A stretch of DNA of 63,901 nt, the filler included, from Octopus bimaculoides (lineage: Eukaryota), in NCBI RefSeq assembly GCF_001194135.2. It is 6 parts of 6 records of this genome, joined end to end, with 100 filler letters (N's around TTAATTAATTAA, not from the genome) between each part and the next. Parts side by side here need not be neighbours in the genome. Positions count along the whole stretch, not along the records: positions 20,853 to 49,454 come from NC_068981.1; positions 49,555 to 58,188 come from NC_069000.1; positions 58,289 to 62,623 come from NC_069006.1; 3 more parts are not named here. The stretch is one strand, 5' to 3'. The notes beneath the pieces were generated by a model. It was not told the origin of the DNA, did no database searches, and worked only from the letters and a program-made list of their open reading frames with translations. Numbering within the stretch: position 1 is the first letter of the stretch; each line of letters starts with the position of its first letter. Shown piece after piece: positions 49,166-61,706 of this stretch. A program made the position numbers and the translations under genes.

Positions 49166-51095
49166 GTCTCTTAAAGGATAGAGCTCAAAATCAATGCATT
49201 GAAGATACTTTATTGCAGCAACAATTATAATAACAGAAACAACCACAATAAGCCAAACCTATGCACATTTCAATAGGGTATCCCGGAAAAATAAACCACA
49301 TCATAAGATGTCTCGTAAAATATTGTAACAAATTACAACATATTACAAATTTCTGGAGACTCCATCTCATCAGGGTCGCATTATTGCCATCACCAATACT
49401 ATTATTAGCAAAACACACACATCATCCAAGAGGGTGAAAGAATAATCGACGGCANNNNNNNNNNNNNNNNNNNNNNNNNNNNNNNNNNNNNNNNNNNNTT
49501 AATTAATTAANNNNNNNNNNNNNNNNNNNNNNNNNNNNNNNNNNNNNNNNNNNNCAGTGATGAATTGCGGACATTTACGGAAGTGGTAATAAGGAAACCG
49601 GGTTTGTGAATAATCTTTATATTTTGTATCTTTTCAGTTGTCTTGGTCGCTTACGTTCTGGCGTTTGCTGAATTTTCTTGAGAACAATCTTTTCTTAGTG
49701 GTCAGACCACATGGGGTCTACATCTAGCATAAGGGATGTCCACTTAGTGGTCATCCCTCTTATATGTATGTAATATATATATATATATATGCGTCTTGAT
49801 GTCTGTGTTTGTCCCCACCACCGCTTGAAAGCCAGTATTGGTGTGTTTACATCCTCATAGCTTAGCAGTTCGGTAAAAGAGAACGATAGAATAAGTACCT
49901 TGCTGAAAAAAAAATAATAGATAACTGGAGTCGATTCATTCAACTAAAAAAATTTTCAAGGCGGTTCCCCAGAATGGCCGTATTCCAATGACTGAAGCAA
50001 GTTAAAAACAAATGATAATAGATATAAACCTATGATTCCAACCGTGGCCATACCATCTAAGTATCTAAGTACCTAAGATTCTATTACCTAACGTTTAACT
50101 TAAGGTGACAGTATGTCATTTATAATAGACATAGCTTCTATTTCTAGCAAGTTCGAACGACTTGGTGGGGGCGGTCTGGGCTTTCATTCTGGCTCGTGTT
50201 CTTTCCAACATGTAATTTAGATTTTCGATAGCAGACCGCAACTGCAACAACAAGACCCTACTCAATGCCAATGTCCATTTTAATGGCAATGTCAGGGGTG
50301 TACATTTAATATCTTGTAAGTCCCAAGTGACAAATTATCCATCATATGCTTGGCAGAAGACCATCTGTCAAAGCTATCTCTCTCTCCCACCTCTCTCTCT
50401 CTCCCACCTCTCTCTCTCTCCCACCTCTCTCTCTCTCCCACCTCTCTCTCTCTCCCACNNNNNNNNNNNNNNNNNNNNNNNNNNNNNNNNNNNNNNNNNN
50501 NNNNNNNNNNNNNNNNNNNNNNNNNNNNNNNNNNNNNNNNNNNNNNNNNNNNNNNNNNNNNNNNNNNNNNNNNNNNNNNNNNNNNNNNNNNNNNNNNNNN
50601 NNNNNNNNNNNNNNNNNNNNNNNNNNNNNNNNNNNNNNNNNNNNNNNNNNNNNNNNNNNNNNNNNNNNNNNNNNNNNNNNNNNNNNNNNNNNNNNNNNNN
50701 NNNNNNNNNNNNNNNNNNNNNNNNNNNNNNNNNNNNNNNNNNNNNNNNNNNNNNNNNNNNNNNNNNNNNNNNNNNNNNNNNNNNNNNNNNNNNNNNNNNN
50801 NNNNNNNNNNNNNNNNNNNNNNNNNNNNNNNNNNNNNNNNNNNNNNNNNNNNNNNNNNNNNNNNNNNNNNNNNNNNNNNNNNNNNNNNNNNNNNNNNNNN
50901 NNNNNCACACACACACACACACACACCTCGGCAACTCTTCCAGTATAAAACAAAATAATTAATATAAATAAAATATTCTAAAAGTTCTTGATTGGCACGT
51001 AAAAAGAATTAACTGGAAGGGGTCTTCTTCTTCTTCTTCTTCTTCTTCTTCTTCTTCTTCTTCTTCTTTGTTGTTGTTATTGTACTACTACCACT

Positions 51096-51174
<79 letters not shown>

Positions 51175-51737
51175 GAAAACTGCTGTGGGTGCTGTATTCG
51201 AGAAAATCATCTCGGATGAACCCTTGCATGTTTAGCTCGATCGGCTAGAAGCAGCGGCCAACTTCACCCTCAAATTAAACTGTCCTGTAAATGAACATAT
51301 GTGATATTGTTCATGGTACAGTATTCCAGATAAAAAGACGGCAAGGTTATACCTAATGATAATAATTTATAGATGAGGGGGACGTCCCAAGGATTCTTTC
51401 AAATCTTGACACAAGGCCGGCAATTTCTGGGGAGGGTTAAGTTGATTACATCGACCCCAGGGATCTTTTCTGTTTGGCTGCCACTTTTAAATTTCTTCAT
51501 TTTTTTTTGTTCCAATGGATTTCATATTTGGTGTATGGAAGTAGTTTTGTATGGTAATCATTGACATGTAATTCATTTTCGCCATAAGTCAATGAATAAA
51601 GAGTTAATAGCTTTTAAAAGTTTGGGTAATTTTAGCCAATCGAAAGCGATGGCCAAAAGAACAACAGCCAATGAAATCTCGACTTGTTTTAAATCATCAT
51701 CGCTTTGGTCCAAATTTGAAATAGTCAAACTGTCCAC

Positions 51738-51975
51738 TAGTGGGTGCTGAAAACTTCCTGGTTTTGGGTAAAAGAAAATACAGGAGGATCAGTTAATTAT
51801 GATTNNNNNNNNNNTTATGATTTTATTCAACATATTCTGCTCTCAGATTCACACACTTATTGCAGCAGTCCTTCAATTTTTTTCTAAGCCCTGTAAAGGA
51901 ACTCGGAAGGTTGGGCCTCCAACCAGGCCTTTCGCGAAATTCTTAAAGCTAGGAACTTTTCAGCACCCTCTCGTA
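51738..51975. mobile_element. mariner-type MITE
   Basis: GGGTGCTGAAAACTTCCTGG and CTAGGAACTTTTCAGCACCCTCTCGTA TIRs. Confidence 0.72.
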
Positions 51976-52104
51976 CAAACATGAAGGTCAGTGTTTTCGG
52001 AAATCAGCTGTTTGTTACAAGTTGTTACAAGTTTCTCTCGACAGTAACAGTCACCGTGACTCAATCTCCTTAGGCATAAAAGGTTATGACAGCAGATAAC
52101 AAAG

Positions 52105-52403
52105 TTGTTGGCAACGGAACAGCCTGCTCGTGAAATTAACGTGCAAGTGGCTGAGCACTCCACAGACACGTGCACCCTTAACGTAGTTCTCGAGGATATT
52201 CAGCGTGACACAGCGTGACAAGGCTGACCCTTTGAATTACAGGCACAACAGACACAGGAAGTAAGAGTGAGAGATAGTTGTGGTGGAAGAGTACAGCAGG
52301 GTTCGCCACCATCCCCTGCCGGAACCTAGTGGAGCTTTAGGTGTTTTCGCTCAATAAACACTTACAACGCCCGGTCTGGGAATCGAAACCGCGATCCTAT
52401 GAG
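52105..52403 (-). mobile_element. SINE family C copy (both ends clipped)
   Basis: Near-identical reverse complement of 35250-35545. Confidence 0.9.
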
Positions 52404-52555
52404 CGATAAATCAATAAGAGTAAATTTGGATCAAGAAGAATTAATTATCAATCCGTAGATAATGAACTATTTCTTTCTGATACAAAACAAAATTTTTAAA
52501 TCTATTGATATTTTCAGGTTACCTGGCCGACAGAATACATATACGAAAAGATTCC

Positions 52556-52586
<31 letters not shown>

Positions 52587-52598
52587 AAAATAATAATA

Positions 52599-52635
<37 letters not shown>

Positions 52636-52636
52636 C

Positions 52637-52669
<33 letters not shown>

Positions 52670-53504
52670 GACAACGACAACGATAACGACAACGACAACA
52701 ACAATATTGATGATGATGATGAAAATAATAATTTCAAATTTTGCCACAACGGAAAGCTGTAATAACCTCTTTAGTTACATCCCTATTGGTAAAATAGAAA
52801 AACAAATATTCTGAGATGTTGACAGGACAATATAAAAAATAGCCCAGGCTATGAAGGGTACTGATCAGGGCCGGATTGAGACCCGTAGAGGCCCTAAGCA
52901 TTTAGAAGATTTGGGTGCTCTCATATACCTGTAATTCAAAGTATAAACAATAATAAACCATAAAATAATTTTTTGTTTTTCGAAATGAAACAAAACTAAT
53001 GGTAAAATAGAAAATAATGTTTATTTCAGTATTTCAGTATTTCCGTATACTTCCATTTTATTTGTATCTGAAAAGTTTTCTCCTACTTTTTTTAAATTGT
53101 AAAGTCTTTGATCAGATCCTCACTGTGGTACCATGAACACTTCGAAATTATATTACCGACCATACAAATCACTTCGAATATTATTTAAGAAAATTTGAAG
53201 TGATTTCTTTTGTGCCGTAAACCATTTACCGTTTCTGCGGTGCACCTCCTTCTCTTGATGCCCTAAGCGCTGGCACTGGTTGTCAGATACATTCGTTGTT
53301 TTCCTCTCTTTTCTATTTGCTACTCCAGCGCCATACGGTTGAAAAGAGGTAAAATTTATTCAAATTTCAAAAGCGATAAAACAAAAGTTGTAGAGGAAGA
53401 ATAGAACTACAAAATATCGTAAAATAATCCTTTCTTATTAGTATGCAAGGGCAGTAATTTTGAGCGGTGGGGAATAATAATAATAATAGTAATAGTAGTA
53501 ATAA

Positions 53505-53721
53505 CTGAAAATTTTGCCACAAGGGTAGCAATTTTTGGATAGTGGGGGTGACTAGTCGATTACATCGATCCCACTGTTCAACTGGTACTTATTTTATCGA
53601 CCCGGAAAGGATGAAGGGTAAAGTCACCTTCAGTGGAATTTGAACTCAGAACGTGGCGACGGGTGAAATACCGCTAAGCGTTTCGCCCGGCGTGCTAACG
53701 ATTCTGCCAGCTCACCGCCTT
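53505..53721 (-). mobile_element. SINE family A copy
   Basis: ...GAATTTGAACTCAGAACG...CTGCCAGCTCACCGCC. Confidence 0.87.
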
Positions 53722-53739
53722 CATCATCATCATCATCAC

Positions 53740-53786
<47 letters not shown>

Positions 53787-54139
53787 TGATGATGATGGCA
53801 ATGGTTTCAAATTTTGGCACAGGACCAGCAAATCCCTCGATCCCTGTGCCTTATTTATACTTATTCTATCGATACCGAAACATTGAAAGGCGAAGTTTAC
53901 CTCGGCTGAATTTGAAATAAAAAATACCATAAAAATAATCCTTTCTACTTTAGGCAGAAGATCTGAAATTTTGGGGAAGGATGCTGGTCGATTACAGCCA
54001 CACCTGCGCCTATATNNNNNNNNNNNNNNNNNNNNNNNNNNNNNNNNNNNNNNNNNNNNNNNNNNNNNNNNNNNNNNNNNNNNNNNNNNNNNNNNNNNNN
54101 NNNNNNNNNNNNNNNNNNNNNNNNNNNNNNNNNNNNNAT

Positions 54140-54612
54140 ATATATATATATATAAAACAAATAATAAATGTGTATATGCATATATACGTACAGGTATGTG
54201 CATACCTACATCTACCTGTATATATAGGTGCATATCTGGGTACAGGACGTTACAAACAAAACGTAGACAAAAAAATAATAATAACCAGAGTACAGAAAAC
54301 ACACAGGCCACATAGAGAACATTTTCCTTCATCAGCTGCCACCATTCTAACACAGGCGTTTCGAAGAGGATCGAACGCACGCGTCATCCCTGCAAGTAAG
54401 TTTTGAACTATATATATATAAACAATATATGAGTATATGCATATATATGTACATGTATGTACATACCTTCATCTACATGTACATATAGATACATAACGGG
54501 GTACACGACGTTGCAAAAGAACATGGACAAAATGATAAACAAGGTACAACAAACAACCAGGCCACATAGAGAACATATCCTTCATCAGCTGCCACCATTA
54601 AAACACCGGCGT
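54140..54612 (-). repeat. Two tandem copies of a ~200-270-bp repeat also present at 16335-16550 (+)
   Basis: Shared CTGATGAA...CTCTAT(G/A)TGGCCTG...GTCCTGTACCCAGATATGCA...GTAGATGTAGGTATG. Confidence 0.8.
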
Positions 54613-54629
54613 TATGTGTATATATATAT

Positions 54630-55057
54630 TTTTTTATTTGTTTCAGCTATTTTGACTGCAGCCATGCTGGAGCACTGCATTTAGTCGAACAAATCGACCC
54701 TAGAACTTATTCTTTGTAAGCCTAGTACTTATTCTATCAGTCTCTTTTGCCGGACCGCTAGACTACGGGGACGTAGACACACTAAAATCGGTTGTCAAGC
54801 GATGGATGACAGGGGAACACACACCACACATACACACATACACACACACACACGCACACACATACATGCCCGCACACACACATACACACACATACGACGA
54901 GCTTCTTTCAGTTTCCGTCTACCAAATCCACTCACAAGGCTTTGGTCGGCCCGAGGCTATAGTAGAAGACACTTACCCAAGGTGCCACGCAGTGGGACTG
55001 AACCCGGAACCATGTCGTTGGTAAGCAAGCTACATGCCACACAGCCACTCCTGCGCC
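54630..55057 (-). mobile_element. SINE family B copy, full length
   Basis: Ends CACACAGCCACTCCTGCGCC, the reverse complement of the family B head. Confidence 0.9.
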
Positions 55058-55058
55058 T

Positions 55059-55089
<31 letters not shown>

Positions 55090-56462
55090 TGAAATTTATA
55101 GNNNNNNNNNNNNNNNNNNNNNNNNNNNNNNNNNNNNNNNNNNNNNNNNNNNNNNNNNNNNNNNNNNNNNNNNNNNNNNNNNNNNNNNNNNNNNNNNNNN
55201 NNNNNNNNNNNNNNNNNNNNNNNNNNNNNNNNNNNNNNNNNNNNNNNNNNNNNNNNNNNNNNNNNNNNNNNNNNNNNNNNNNNNNNNNNNNNNNNNNNNN
55301 NNNNNNNNNNNNNNNNNNNNNNNNNNNNNNNNNNNNNNNNNNNNNNNNNNNNNNNNNNNNNNNNNNNNNNNNNNNNNNNNNNNNNNNNNNNNNNNNNNNN
55401 NNNNNNNNNNNNNNNNNNNNNNNNNNNNNNNNNNNNNNNNNNNNNNNNNNNNNNNNNNNNNNNNNNNNNNNNNNNNNNNNNNNNNNNNNNNNNNNNNNNN
55501 NNNNNNNNNNNNNNNNNNNNNNNNNNNNNNNNNNNNNNNNNNNNNNNNNNNNNNNNNNNNNNNNNNNNNNNNNNNNNNNNNNNNNNNNNNNNNNNNNNNN
55601 NNNNNNNNNNNNNNNNNNNNNNNNNNNNNNNNNNNNNNNNNNNNNNNNNNNNNNNNNNNNNNNNNNNNNNNNNNNNNNNNNNNNNNNNNNNNNNNNNNNN
55701 NNNNNNNNNNNNNNNNNNNNNNNNNNNNNNNNNNNNNNNNNNNNNNNNNNNNNNNNNNNNNNNNNNNNNNNNNNNNNNNNNNNNNNNNNNNNNNNNNNNN
55801 NNNNNNNNNNNNNNNNNNNNNNNNNNNNNNNNNNNNNNNNNNNNNNNNNNNNNNNNNNNNNNNNNNNNNNNNNNNNNNNNNNNNNNNNNNNNNNNNNNNN
55901 NNNNNNNNNNNNNNNNNNNNNNNNNNNNNNNNNNNNNNNNNNNNNNNNNNNNNNNNNNNNNNNNNNNNNNNNNNNNNNNNNNNNNNNNNNNNNNNNNNNN
56001 NNNNNNNNNNNNNNNNNNNNNNNNNNNNNNNNNNNNNNNNNNNNNNNNNNNNNNNNNNNNNNNNNNNNNNNNNNNNNNNNNNNNNNNNNAGTAGGGAGAA
56101 GAAGGAGGAGAAGGAAAGAGAGTGAGAGAGGGAGGGAGGGAGGGGGAGAGATGTGGACAGAAAAAGGAGAGAGAGAAAGAGAGAAGGAACATGGGGTGAG
56201 TGAGTGGGCAGTAACAAGAGAAATAGAGAGAGAGAGAGAGATACAGAGCAATATAGTGTGAGTGTGCATGTGTGTATATGTGTGTGTGTGAATGTGTGTG
56301 CGTGTGTATGTGAGACATGGAAACAAGAGAGTGAGTGAGAGAAAGAGAGGGAGAGAGGGAGGGAGAGAGAGAGTGTGAGAGAGCGGGGAAAGGGGGGGGA
56401 GACAGAATGAGATTAAGGTTAGGAGAAAGTATGAAGCAGAAAAAGGCGCACGCAAACACGTA

Positions 56463-56498
<36 letters not shown>

Positions 56499-56937
56499 TG
56501 AAGATTCATATATGAGTGTGTGTGTATGTGTGTGTGAGTATATGTGCGTGTGTGTGTGTGCACGTGTTCGTGTGTGTGTGTGTGTGTGTGCGTGGTACGT
56601 GATGAGATGTGGGACGGTTTAGAAGTAATTAAATAATGCGTGTGCCCTATAATAGAAAGTTAAGTTTCCGGTGACTCGAAGCGTTAATGCTTTTAAGGGG
56701 GGAAGTTATGAACGTAACAAACCCCTATCCTCGAAATATTAAATGGCAGGATCTTTTCTTTTTCTTTTCTGTTTTTTTCTTTTATCTGGAGAAATCCACT
56801 TATTATAACATTTCATTGTCTTTCTTTCTTCAGACTCCTCTCGATCCCGAGCGAAAATTATTAGAGAAAATAAACGTTTTATGTTTTCTCAGATACATTA
56901 TCTATGGGTTTGTGTGTATGTATGTGTGTATAAATGT

Positions 56938-56968
<31 letters not shown>

Positions 56969-56995
56969 CACACAATATATATACTCTTTACTCTC

Positions 56996-57272
56996 TCTTT
57001 TACTTGTTTCAGTCATTTGACTGCGGCCATGCTGGAGCACAACGCCTTTAGTCGAGGAAATCGACCCCCAGGACTTATTCTTTGTAAGCCTAGTACTTAT
57101 CCTATCGGTCTCTTTCGCCGAACCGCTAAGTTACGGGAACGTAAACACACCAGCATCGGTTGTCAAGCGAAGTTGGGGGGACAAACACAGACACACAAGC
57201 ATATACACACGCACACATACATATATATATATACACATATACGACGGGCTTCTTTCAGTTTCCATCTACCAA
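56996..57272 (-). mobile_element. SINE family B 3' part
   Basis: TTGTTTCAGTCATTTGACTGCGGCCATGCTGGAGCAC...ACGACGGGCTTCTTTCAGTTTCC. Confidence 0.88.
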
Positions 57273-57637
57273 NNNNNNNNNNNNNNNNNNNNNNNNNNNN
57301 NNNNNNNNNNNNNNNNNNNNNNNNNNNNNNNNNNNNNNNNNNNNNNNNNNNNNNNNNNNNNNNNNNNNNNNNNNNNNNNNNNNNNNNNNNNNNNNNNNNN
57401 NNNNNNNNNNNNNNNNNNNNNNNNNNNNNNNNNNNNNNNNNNNNNNNNNNNNNNNNNNNNNNNNNNNNNNNNNNNNNNNNNNNNNNNNNNNNNNNNNNNN
57501 NNNNNNNNNNNNNNNNNNNNNNNNNNNNNNNNNNNNNNNNNNNNNNNNNNNNNNNNNNNNNNNNNNNNNNNNNNNNNNNNNNNNNNNNNNNNNNNNNNNN
57601 NNNNNNNNNNNNNNNNNNNNNNNNNNNNNNNNNNNNN

Positions 57638-57668
<31 letters not shown>

Positions 57669-57677
57669 GTATATACA

Positions 57678-58188
57678 CAGGGTGTTTCAAAAAAATTTGA
57701 CATCATTTTGCAATCTAATAACTTCAAATTTTAACAGCGTGTGTAGAAACAGGTCAAAATTGTATGTTTAATATTTGGTACGCTCATCTTTTCAGGTATA
57801 GAAATGGCGTTCACTGGAAGGGAAAAGGTGTCTTATGTGTTGGTGTATGCTCGAACACGGTCGAACAAGACTGTGCAGCGTGCATTTGTGAGAGAGTTCT
57901 CTAAAAAGTCACCAACGGCAATGCAGATTTGGACATGGCACACAAAATTCAAAGAGGAAGGCTGTCTGTGCAGGGCAAAGGGATCTGGACGACCACCAAG
58001 ACCGGAAGAGACGGTCGAGTGGGTTCGCCAAAAACTCTTGTGAAGCCCCAAATAGTCCACAAGAAGAACAAGTCTGGAAACCCAGATTCTTCCAACGACA
58101 GTTTGGCGCGTCCTGAGGAAACGCTTGCCAATGAAACCCTACAAGCTGCAGCTTGCCCAGGCCATAATGGCAGATGACAAGTGAAAGC
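57678..58188 (+). mobile_element. Tc1/mariner-superfamily 5' fragment (DUF4817-like N-terminal HTH)
   Basis: CAGGGTGTTTCAAAAAAAT TIR; MAFTGREKVSYVLVY...TVQRAF...IWTWHTKFKEEGCL...KGSGRP, continuing after a frameshift into TTVWRVLRKRL.MKPYKLQL. Confidence 0.82.
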
Positions 58189-58302
58189 NNNNNNNNNNNN
58201 NNNNNNNNNNNNNNNNNNNNNNNNNNNNNNNNTTAATTAATTAANNNNNNNNNNNNNNNNNNNNNNNNNNNNNNNNNNNNNNNNNNNNATATATACATAT
58301 AT

Positions 58303-58462
58303 ACGACTGGCTTCTTTCAGTTTCCGTCTACCAAATCCACTCACAAGGCTTTGGTCGGCCCAAGGCTATAGAAGAAGACACTTGCCCAAGGTGCCACGTA
58401 GTGGGACTGAACCAGGAACCATGTGGTTGGTAAGCAAGCTTCTTACCACACAGCCACTCCTG
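58303..58462 (-). mobile_element. SINE family B 5' part
   Basis: Family B head in reverse complement. Confidence 0.87.
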
Positions 58463-60115
58463 TCACTCATGTTTTAGAAATTCATCCGGAAAGTCTGACA
58501 TATCTGCTGACTGGACCCTATGGGGGTAGGAGATTGATACCTGAGGACTCAACCACCACAACCCTGCCAGGAATAGGGGGTGGAAAAGATGAATGGATGG
58601 ATGGATGTAGAAAATAGTATTTTTTTTTTTTTTTAAGATACGGAAAATAAGACGAGAAAGGACAAAAATTGGCAATAACACAAAGAAGTTGCGGATGAAT
58701 ATAAATAATTTTATACATTACATGTAAATAATATATTATGGATACGTAATATATAATAAAATCTATACCTTACAGACAGACTATGAGGGTAGAGGATATT
58801 GACTCCCCTAGTTGATTCCGCCATTGCGGGGGTCCTTTTATTTGAGAACTGATGTCGCTTCTTAGCTGATAATAAAACACATGATTATTATTATCATATA
58901 CAATTACTAACACACGTACACACACATACACACGCATAGATAGATCAACGTATATATGTAGAGAGTAAGATAAAAACTTTGTTAGCACGATTTATCTTTG
59001 TCTTGTCTCTGACTGACTGACTGACTAACGAATGAGCATGTGTGTAAGCAGTGTATACAGTGTACTGTGCATGTCTGAAAACTCTATGAGAGAGAGAGAG
59101 AAAGGGATAGACAGAGAGAGGGATAGATAGAGAGAGGGATAGAGAGAGAGTGTCTGATTCCTATATTTTCTTACTCGCTCTTTCTTTCTTGAGTTGTTAG
59201 TTTGATATTATTATTCATTACGTGTTGCAGTCGAAAGTTTCGTTTCGTTTCTTTCGTTTTTGTGTCATATCTTTTTTTATAGTAGCATAGTTTCGTTTCA
59301 TTTTATTTTCTCTTTATTGTCCTACGATTTTTATACGCACTAACGACTTTGTTTCTCCGTACCTTTTAGGAAAACGGGTATTTTTCAATGAAATTGTCTA
59401 CAAATACATTTCAAAANNNNNNNNNNNNNNNNNNNNNNNNNNNNNNNNNNNNNNNNNNNNNNNNNNNNNNNNNNNNNNNNNNNNNNNNNNNNNNNNNNNN
59501 NNNNNNNNNNNNNNNNNNNNNNNNNNNNNNNNNNNNNNNNNNNNNNNNNNNNNNNNNNNNNNNNNNNNNNNNNNNNNNNNNNNNNNNNNNNNNNNNNNNN
59601 NNNNNNNNNNNNNNNNNNNNNNNNNNNNNNNNNNNNNNNNNNNNNNNNNNNNNNNNNNNNNNNNNNNNNNNNNNNNNNNNNNNNNNNNNNNNNNNNNNNN
59701 NNNNNNNNNNNNNNNNNNNNNNNNNNNNNNNNNNNNNNNNNNNNNNNNNNNNNNNNNNNNNNNNNNNNNNNNNNNNNNNNNNNNNNNNNNNNNNNNNNNN
59801 NNNNNNNNNNNNNNNNNNNNNNNNNNNNNNNNNNNNNNNNNNNNNNNNNNNNNNNNNNNNNNNNNNNNNNNNNNNNNNNNNNNNNNNNNNNNNNNNNNNN
59901 NNNNNNNNNNNNNNNNNNNNNNNNNNNNNNNNNNNNNNNNNNNNNNNNNNNNNNNNNNNNNNNNNNNNNNNNNNNNNNNNNNNNNNNNNNNNNNNNNNNN
60001 NNNNNNNNNNNNNNNNNNNNNNNNNNNNNNNNNNNNNNNNNNNNNNNNNNNNNNNNNNNNNNNNNNNNNNNNNNNNNNNNNNNNNNNNNNNNNNNNNNNN
60101 NNNNNNNNNNNNNNN

Positions 60116-60207
<92 letters not shown>

Positions 60208-60322
60208 TATACATACATATACACATACACACACGCACACACATATATACATACATGCACACACATACATATATGTATGCATACACCCATACTCACACAC
60301 ACATATACGCACACGTATGTAT

Positions 60323-60620
60323 AGGAAGGCGCGTGACTTAGGGTATTCATCTCACGATCGTAAAGTTGTGATTCCCGGAGGCGCGTTGCGTCCTTGAGCA
60401 AGACTCTTTATTTCACGTTGATCCAGCTGGCAAAAATGAGTAGCACGCGTATTTGAAGGGGCCAGCCTTGTCACATTTTGTCTCGCGCTGCATCTCATTG
60501 AGAACTGTGTTAAGGGTCGTGTCTGTGGAGTGCTCAGCCACTTGCACGCTAATTTCGCGAGCAGGCTGTTCTGTTGATCGGATCGACTGGAACCCTCGTC
60601 GTCATTACCGACGGAGAGCG
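60323..60620 (+). mobile_element. SINE sharing the family C 3' body but with a CORE-like centre
   Basis: GCGTCCTTGAGCAAGAC, then GTGTCTGTGGAGTGCTCAGCCACTTGCAC...GGAACCCTCGTCGTC. Confidence 0.7.
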
Positions 60621-60649
60621 CCAGTTTGTATATGTGTATGTGAGAGTGT

Positions 60650-60810
60650 GTGGAGGGACTGTGTGGTAAGAAGTTTGCCTCCCAATCACATGGTTCCGGG
60701 TTCAGTCCCATTGTGTGGCACCTTAGGCAAGTGTCTTTTACTGTAGCCTCAGGCCGACCAAAGCCCGTATGAGTGAATTTGGCAGACGGAAACTGAAAGA
60801 AGCCCGTTGT
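60650..60810 (+). mobile_element. SINE family B 5' part
   Basis: GTGTGGTAAGAAGTTTGCC...GACGGAAACTGAAAGAAGCCC. Confidence 0.87.
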
Positions 60811-61060
60811 ACACACACACACACACATTCCTTTACTTGTTTCAGGCGTAAGATTGCAGCAATGCTGGGACACCGCTATGCGGTTCTTTTTTAAGGCTGG
60901 TACTTATTATGTCGGTCTCTTTAGCAGAACCGCTAAGTTACAGGGACGTGACTACGCTAAGAGCGTTTGTCATGTGGTGGTGGACACACATACACATACA
61001 CACATCGGGGTTTTTCAGTTTCTCTCTACGAAATCCACTCAGAAGGCCCTACGTTTAGAC

Positions 61061-61599
61061 CAGTGGTTCTCAACCGGGGTGCATTTGGCTCCTGAGGCAC
61101 TAGCGTAGCTAGAGTATGTACCGTTTGGGGCGAACCACCAACTCTGCCGCCCTCTAGCTACGTTAGTGACCCGAGGGTTCTAATATGATCTTTGGAGTGC
61201 ACATAACAAAATGTTTGCTTTAGGTGCATGTATCGGCATGTATTGCAAGAAACAGTTCAGTTTGTTTCTCTAACAGGGGAGGAGGGGCAATCGATTAGAT
61301 CGACCCCCGAAAGGATGAAAGGCGAAGTCGACCTCGGCGGAATTTGAACTCAGAACGAAAAGACAGACGAAATACCGCTAAGCATTTCGCCCGGCGTGCT
61401 AACGACTCTGCCAGCTCGCCGCCATTCTACATTGTTCAATCTACACAAGTTAATGTGCGAAAAATAAAATAGGAATTTTGAAAGAAGTTTCTACAAAACT
61501 AGTTTTTAAACGTCGAATGGCTACGGGAGGGTCCACCAGAATAAAATAGTAATCAAAGGGGTCCATAGGTAAAAGGAAAAAAATGGCTGAGAACCCCTG
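61061..61599 (+). mobile_element. hAT/Charlie-like non-autonomous element with a nested family A SINE (61275-61423, minus)
   Basis: CAGTGGTTCTCAACC and GGCTGAGAACCCCTG termini in TAGA-containing flanks; no exact 8-bp TSD seen. Confidence 0.62.
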
Positions 61600-61706
61600 C
61601 TAGAGAAGGAGACATTTGGCCAAAGTGTGATAAAGTGGGACTGAACCTGAAACCATGTGGTTGCGAAGCCAATTACTTACCACACAGTCCCCACCCCATA
61701 TATATA

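Noticed and set aside
52866-53280. CAGGGCCGGATT start resembling a hAT-type MITE end
   Set aside because: No matching right TIR or TSD found.
54932-56563. Long ORFs in the track (543, 510, 390 aa and similar)
   Set aside because: They run through N gaps and (CA)n/(TA)n/(GA)n microsatellites; the same applies to all YIYI, HTHT, poly-L/F/V ORFs.
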